Source of the DNA: an uncultured virus (IMG/VR IMGVR_UViG_3300031612_000006)
Lineage: Duplodnaviria; Heunggongvirae; Uroviricota; Caudoviricetes; Crassvirales
Strand: one strand, 5' to 3'
IMG/VR virus record: IMGVR_UViG_3300031612_000006
DNA length: 64,000 nucleotides
A program made the position numbers and the translations under genes. Below the pieces are notes generated by a model. That model was not told where the DNA came from. It did not search any database and was given only the letters and a program-made list of their open reading frames with translations. How positions within the stretch are numbered: the stretch's first letter is position 1; each line of letters starts with the position of its first letter. Positions 60,321-64,000 of the stretch are shown piece after piece.

Positions 60321-60674
60321 CTATTCTTTCTGTTCTTCGAAATCATTCTTAGTACGTAACGTTTTAACTGCACTCTTAAATGATTTACCAATACTCCTAG
60401 CTCCTTTAGATTTACTAACCTTAGACGCTCTAGATTTAGAGGCAACCCTGTTGTTTGAGTTCCTTACCTTTAACCTCTTTGAAGGCTTTTTAGGTTCACC
60501 ATCCTTCGGCTTCGGTGTAGGTTTGGGTGTAGGTTTGGGCTTTGGCGTAGGCTTTGGCTTTGGTTTCGGTGTAGGTTTCGGTTTCGGCTTTGGTGTAGGT
60601 TTTTTCATAGGTGGTTTCTTTTTGGCTGGCGCTGCCTTACTGGCAGGAGCTTTAGATTTAGTTCCTTTTGACAT
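60321..60674 (-). CDS. Very basic Pro/Lys-rich protein with (PTPKPK)n repeat
   Basis: Tandem KP/TP repeat at about 60506-60605. Confidence 0.65.
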   Translation of the reverse strand: MSKGTKSKAPASKAAPAKKKPPMKKPTPKPKPKPTPKPKPKPTPKPKPTPKPTPKPKDGEPKKPSKRLKVRNSNNRVASKSRASKVSKSKGARSIGKSFKSAVKTLRTKNDFEEQKE

Positions 60675-60675
60675 C

Positions 60676-60840
60676 TTAGTCGTGTTGAATTATTCCACCA
60701 CCCTTGAAGATAATCTCTCCATTAGCGTCTAGTTTATCCTTAGGACCAGAGTTCTGAATCTTATCTATCTTCTTTCGGTTTCTCTTACTCTTACGTTTAT
60801 CCAAAGCCTTAGCTAGGAAATTCTTTTTCTTGTCGGGCAT
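60676..60840 (-). CDS. Small basic protein ending FKGGGIIQHD (54 aa; not in the ORF track)
   Basis: Manual translation MPDKKKNFLAKALDKRKSKRNRKKIDKIQNSGPKDKLDANGEIIFKGGGIIQHD*. Confidence 0.65.
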   Translation of the reverse strand: MPDKKKNFLAKALDKRKSKRNRKKIDKIQNSGPKDKLDANGEIIFKGGGIIQHD

Positions 60841-60851
60841 AGTATATTTAT

Positions 60852-61310
60852 TTAGTCGTGTTGAATGAATCCACCTTTAGAGTATCCTAAGGCACTTTTA
60901 GCTTTCTCGAACATAGAAGGAGGGGTTTTATTAACAGAACCACTACCAGCACTACCGCTTCTTACGGGGTCTTGAGTTCTATTAACTACCTTATCCATTA
61001 TAGCCTTACTAGACGCAGATGTAGTGGGCTTACCCTTCTTAATCCTACGCTTAACTGTATTGCTTGCTCTTTGAGATGGAGTGGTCTTAGTAACCTTATT
61101 AAGTACTTTATTTTTAACAGACTTAACCTTGTCTTTAATCTTCTTTTTTATGCTACCACCATCCTTAAATGAACTTCTAGTTACTGGAGTTCTCTTTGAT
61201 GGTTCTTCAACTGGACCTCTTCTGCTATTTATTATAGCTAGCTTTTGTGCTTCAGTATACTTAGGAACCGCTTTAGGCTTACGTTTTAACTTTCTTGTGT
61301 CTTTAGGCAT
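60852..61310 (-). CDS. Basic protein ending YSKGGFIQHD; first gene of the late strand
   Basis: 152 aa, K/R/S/T-rich; preceded by a TATCTTTG box. Confidence 0.65.
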   Translation of the reverse strand: MPKDTRKLKRKPKAVPKYTEAQKLAIINSRRGPVEEPSKRTPVTRSSFKDGGSIKKKIKDKVKSVKNKVLNKVTKTTPSQRASNTVKRRIKKGKPTTSASSKAIMDKVVNRTQDPVRSGSAGSGSVNKTPPSMFEKAKSALGYSKGGFIQHD

Positions 61311-61338
61311 AATACTCTTAGTTTTAAATTAATAAAAC

Positions 61339-61346
61339 CAAAGATA
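61339..61346 (-). promoter_or_regulatory. Bacteroidota-type -7 promoter box (TATCTTTG)
   Basis: TAnnTTTG match ~30 nt upstream of the ATG at 61310. Confidence 0.6.
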
Positions 61347-62317
61347 ACCTAAAATAATATTATTTATTTTCATAAAAAATTATATAGGTATGTTTTTACG
61401 GATGTCTTACCCTAACTACCCCGTACCTCATAGAAAACTTTGATGCCCCCCTCAATATTTCTAAAGGAACTGAACAAGTTCAGGTATTAAAGCTCTTATA
61501 TTCCCCATTTACTCCTATATTATACCTAATAGGAACTAACTTACGTCGAGTTTAATAGAAATGTGGGTGTAAGGGTGTGGAGGTGTTCCACTACATAGGT
61601 AACAACCTTATTAATCCACTATGTGCTCATAAAGAAGAGCAAGGAAGGTTGCGTAATAGATGTGAGTAAGCTTGTAACCTCTTACTCTCACTAGGATAAC
61701 AGCCATACTAATTAGGTTTAAGGGTTATGCTTAACGCCTTCGGCTTATCCTCTTATCTCTTAGGTATTAATCATCTGTTTCATTTAGATGTTTAGTATCA
61801 CTCGGTAGGGTCTTATCCACTATCCCACCAAAGGTACAATAAATAAATAACAATGTCAAGTCTTAGCTATGCTAATTCTCTCGATGTTCTTATTCATTTA
61901 GATGTTGAGTGGTGTTGGAGTGGATATGCCTTCGGCTTGTCCTCTTTGTTCTTTGCTTTATTCATTAAAGTATATTTCGCGTCTATACAAAGCGTTTGCT
62001 TAACAGCAAACAAAGGTTGAGGGCGTGAAAAGACACGCGTAAATTCGGGTGTGAGTGGGAGTGAAAGCCCACACATTATTATGCTTAAACTAATCCATTC
62101 TCTTTGGTAAGCTCTGTTGCAACAGAGAGCAGATATATCGTCTAAAGATATAGTAAGAGTTTTCGATTAGCTATTAGTAGGCCACACGATGTAAGTCCTA
62201 CTAATATTAAGCTTCACTATCACTTATAGTACAACACTTCGTGTTGACTTATATTACCATATATGCCTTCGGCTTCTCCTCTCCTTTATTTGCTATTATT
62301 AATTAAACCCTTTAATT

Positions 62318-62506
62318 ATGAAAAATACTACCGTTGAGATAGTACTAAGTAATCTTAGTCTAAAAGAACTTCGTTCTTTACACGCTAAATTAATGATTGA
62401 AAAGGATACTTCTATTGATAAAATAGAGTTGAAAGAGCTTATTATGCTCGTAGACCAATATATGTTCGATGCTTATATCGAAACCGTTGAACTACACCAA
62501 GGATAA
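62318..62506 (+). CDS. Hypothetical early protein
   Basis: 62-aa ORF downstream of repeat copy 3, followed by an AGCAACAG/CTGTTGCT hairpin. Confidence 0.55.
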   Translation: MKNTTVEIVLSNLSLKELRSLHAKLMIEKDTSIDKIELKELIMLVDQYMFDAYIETVELHQG

Positions 62507-62809
62507 TTAAAAGCAACAGGTAACTCTGTTGCTCTTAATTTTCACCATCATTACCGTGTACTACGTACACCAAGGCTCTCAGTCCTTGCTAACAACTCTG
62601 AGTAGAGGCTTGATGTCCTTGATTTATCAATCCATCACCCAGAGCTCCTAAACAAGAGCAACCATAAAAACTGTTTAGACCTACACATAATGTCGTTAAA
62701 CTTGTTGTAATTAAACGCTTGTAGTAGTAACCTTAGGCAGTATAGCCGACGCGTCTACTACAAGTGTTTCTTTTATTACTAACATTCATTAACTAAATAC
62801 CTTAAGCGT

Positions 62810-63085
62810 ATGAACAATCTTAAATCAGTCGAGACTAAAAGTCTCTCGTTATTGTCTAGCATTGCTAACGACAATAGAATGGCGTACCCTGTTGCTGTAA
62901 AAGTAACAGAATTAGGTGGAGAAAATAGAGTGGAGATAGTCCACGCCCACAACAAAAAGGAAATGCTAGATGTTATAGATGAAATAGCTCAAGCTATCCT
63001 AGAATCTGAATACGAATTAGATTTGAAAATCAGTCGCATCAACCGTTTATCGGCTAACAAATACGCAAGTATTTACTTAAATTAA
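62810..63085 (+). CDS. Hypothetical early protein
   Basis: 91-aa ORF. Confidence 0.6.
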   Translation: MNNLKSVETKSLSLLSSIANDNRMAYPVAVKVTELGGENRVEIVHAHNKKEMLDVIDEIAQAILESEYELDLKISRINRLSANKYASIYLN

Positions 63086-63399
63086 GCTTATGATTAATCT
63101 AATCGGAATGCTCGTGCTTATGTGTGCCTCAATAGGCATTATAGGAATCTTCACTGCTATCAGTGAGTGGAGAAGAGAAAGATTAAAAGTTAGAACTCCC
63201 TTAACGGGAACAATAGAAGAGTGTGAAAACCTAACTAGAGACCGAGAGTGCACCTAGTGTGTGCCTTCGGCTATCTCCTCTCTTCTCTTTGCTTAGAGAT
63301 AATCTCTTTGCGTTTTAATCTTCACTATCATTGCTACAGACAGCATAGTGAATATACTCCTTAAATCCTTAGGAGCGAAAAAAAGGAACCCCTTGCCTT

Positions 63400-64000
63400 A
63401 TGTTAGATTTCACTCTACCTACAGGACTTGCATTAGCTACACAAAAATCAGAACTTCGTTTAAGCTCTGCACACGCTAGTATTGATGCAAAAATTACTTC
63501 ATTCACCGATGGAGTAGCCCAAAAGCGAGTTGATGGCGTCTTCAAAGACTTCACTCAAGCACGCTTAACGCTTGTATTCGGCTCTTTAGAATCGGATAAT
63601 AATACTTATCGCTTTAATCTGCGTTTTCCAAACAAAACGATTAAAGACATTGCAACGGAGATTTACCTCTTCGACAATGTGCGTGCAAACCCGCCTAAGG
63701 CTTCTACCGTTCTCGGTAAGAAAATCCTTGAGATGACGGATAAGGACGGCGTGATTCTTTACAGCTCAATAAACGAGTTCGTGGAGAAATTCAAATTATC
63801 AGGTAGTACTTCTAAGCTATACTCAGCTTTGCGTGAGAACAAAATCTCTTGGGATTTATCAAAGTTTGCTGAATCTATCACAGATACAACACTCTCAGTT
63901 CAGACTTACTACAACGATAAAATGAAGGACTACACGATTTGCACAGTGGACTACAATCCCCGCAAATCTGCGTCCCAAACAACAAAGACTACAACCCGTG
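63400..64000 (+). CDS. Hypothetical early protein, truncated by the window edge (MLDFTLPTGLALATQK...)
   Basis: Open frame from ATG 63400 to the window end, read manually; downstream of repeat copy 4. Confidence 0.6.
   Translation, partial: MLDFTLPTGLALATQKSELRLSSAHASIDAKITSFTDGVAQKRVDGVFKDFTQARLTLVFGSLESDNNTYRFNLRFPNKTIKDIATEIYLFDNVRANPPKASTVLGKKILEMTDKDGVILYSSINEFVEKFKLSGSTSKLYSALRENKISWDLSKFAESITDTTLSVQTYYNDKMKDYTICTVDYNPRKSASQTTKTTTR

Larger units (their letters stand above)
61736..63293 (+). repeat. Four dispersed copies of GCCTTCGGCT followed by TCCTCT and a pyrimidine tract (61736, 61928, 62265, 63263)
   Basis: Identical 10-nt core in all four; three copies end in TTTGCT; all are intergenic with respect to + strand ORFs. 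Confidence 0.85.

Noticed and set aside
61736..63293. CRISPR array
   Set aside because: The repeat core is only 10 nt and the spacing is irregular (about 190, 340 and 1000 nt); no cas genes
63369..63554. 61-aa minus-strand ORF from the track
   Set aside because: Antisense to a longer + strand frame starting at 63400 that fits the local gene orientation
1..64000. Prophage, integrase or host-chromosome flanks
   Set aside because: No integrase, repressor or bacterial housekeeping genes recognised; the content is phage-like throughout

Overview
This window covers most of a crAss-like (Crassvirales-type, podovirus-like) phage genome. The host is very probably a Bacteroidota/flavobacterium: there are TAnnTTTG -7 promoter boxes and A-rich translation starts without Shine-Dalgarno sequences. 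The code is standard, with no sign of stop-codon recoding. (i) 1-11.5 kb, + strand: early/replication block with an amidoligase, DUF932, a replication initiator, DnaB, HU-like, Sak4-like ATPase, SSB-like, RusA-like, RecE-like exonuclease, gamma-glutamylcyclotransferase and a DnaA-C-like HTH protein. It is followed by a ~400-nt structured non-coding island holding two tRNA-like RNAs with abnormal anticodon arms. No DNA polymerase or primase is seen in the window. (ii) 12-61.3 kb, - strand: late block with basic proteins, TerL, portal, scaffold, major capsid, ring/tail proteins, ejection proteins (including a GH108 lysozyme), a 4327-aa virion RNA polymerase polyprotein, tail fibres, lysis genes and a metallophosphoesterase. 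(iii) 61.3-64 kb: a hairpin-rich divergent control region with four copies of a GCC-TTC-GGC motif (a GAA-triloop hairpin on the template strand), then the first + strand genes. The most interesting signals are a stand-alone 46-aa ORF that copies the redox-active C-terminal tail of ribonucleotide reductase, N4-like hairpin promoter candidates for the virion RNAP, the tRNA-mimic island, and a shared [FY]xxGG / GGxIQHD tag in putative capsid-internal proteins. All family calls come from motif recognition by eye; no database search was run.
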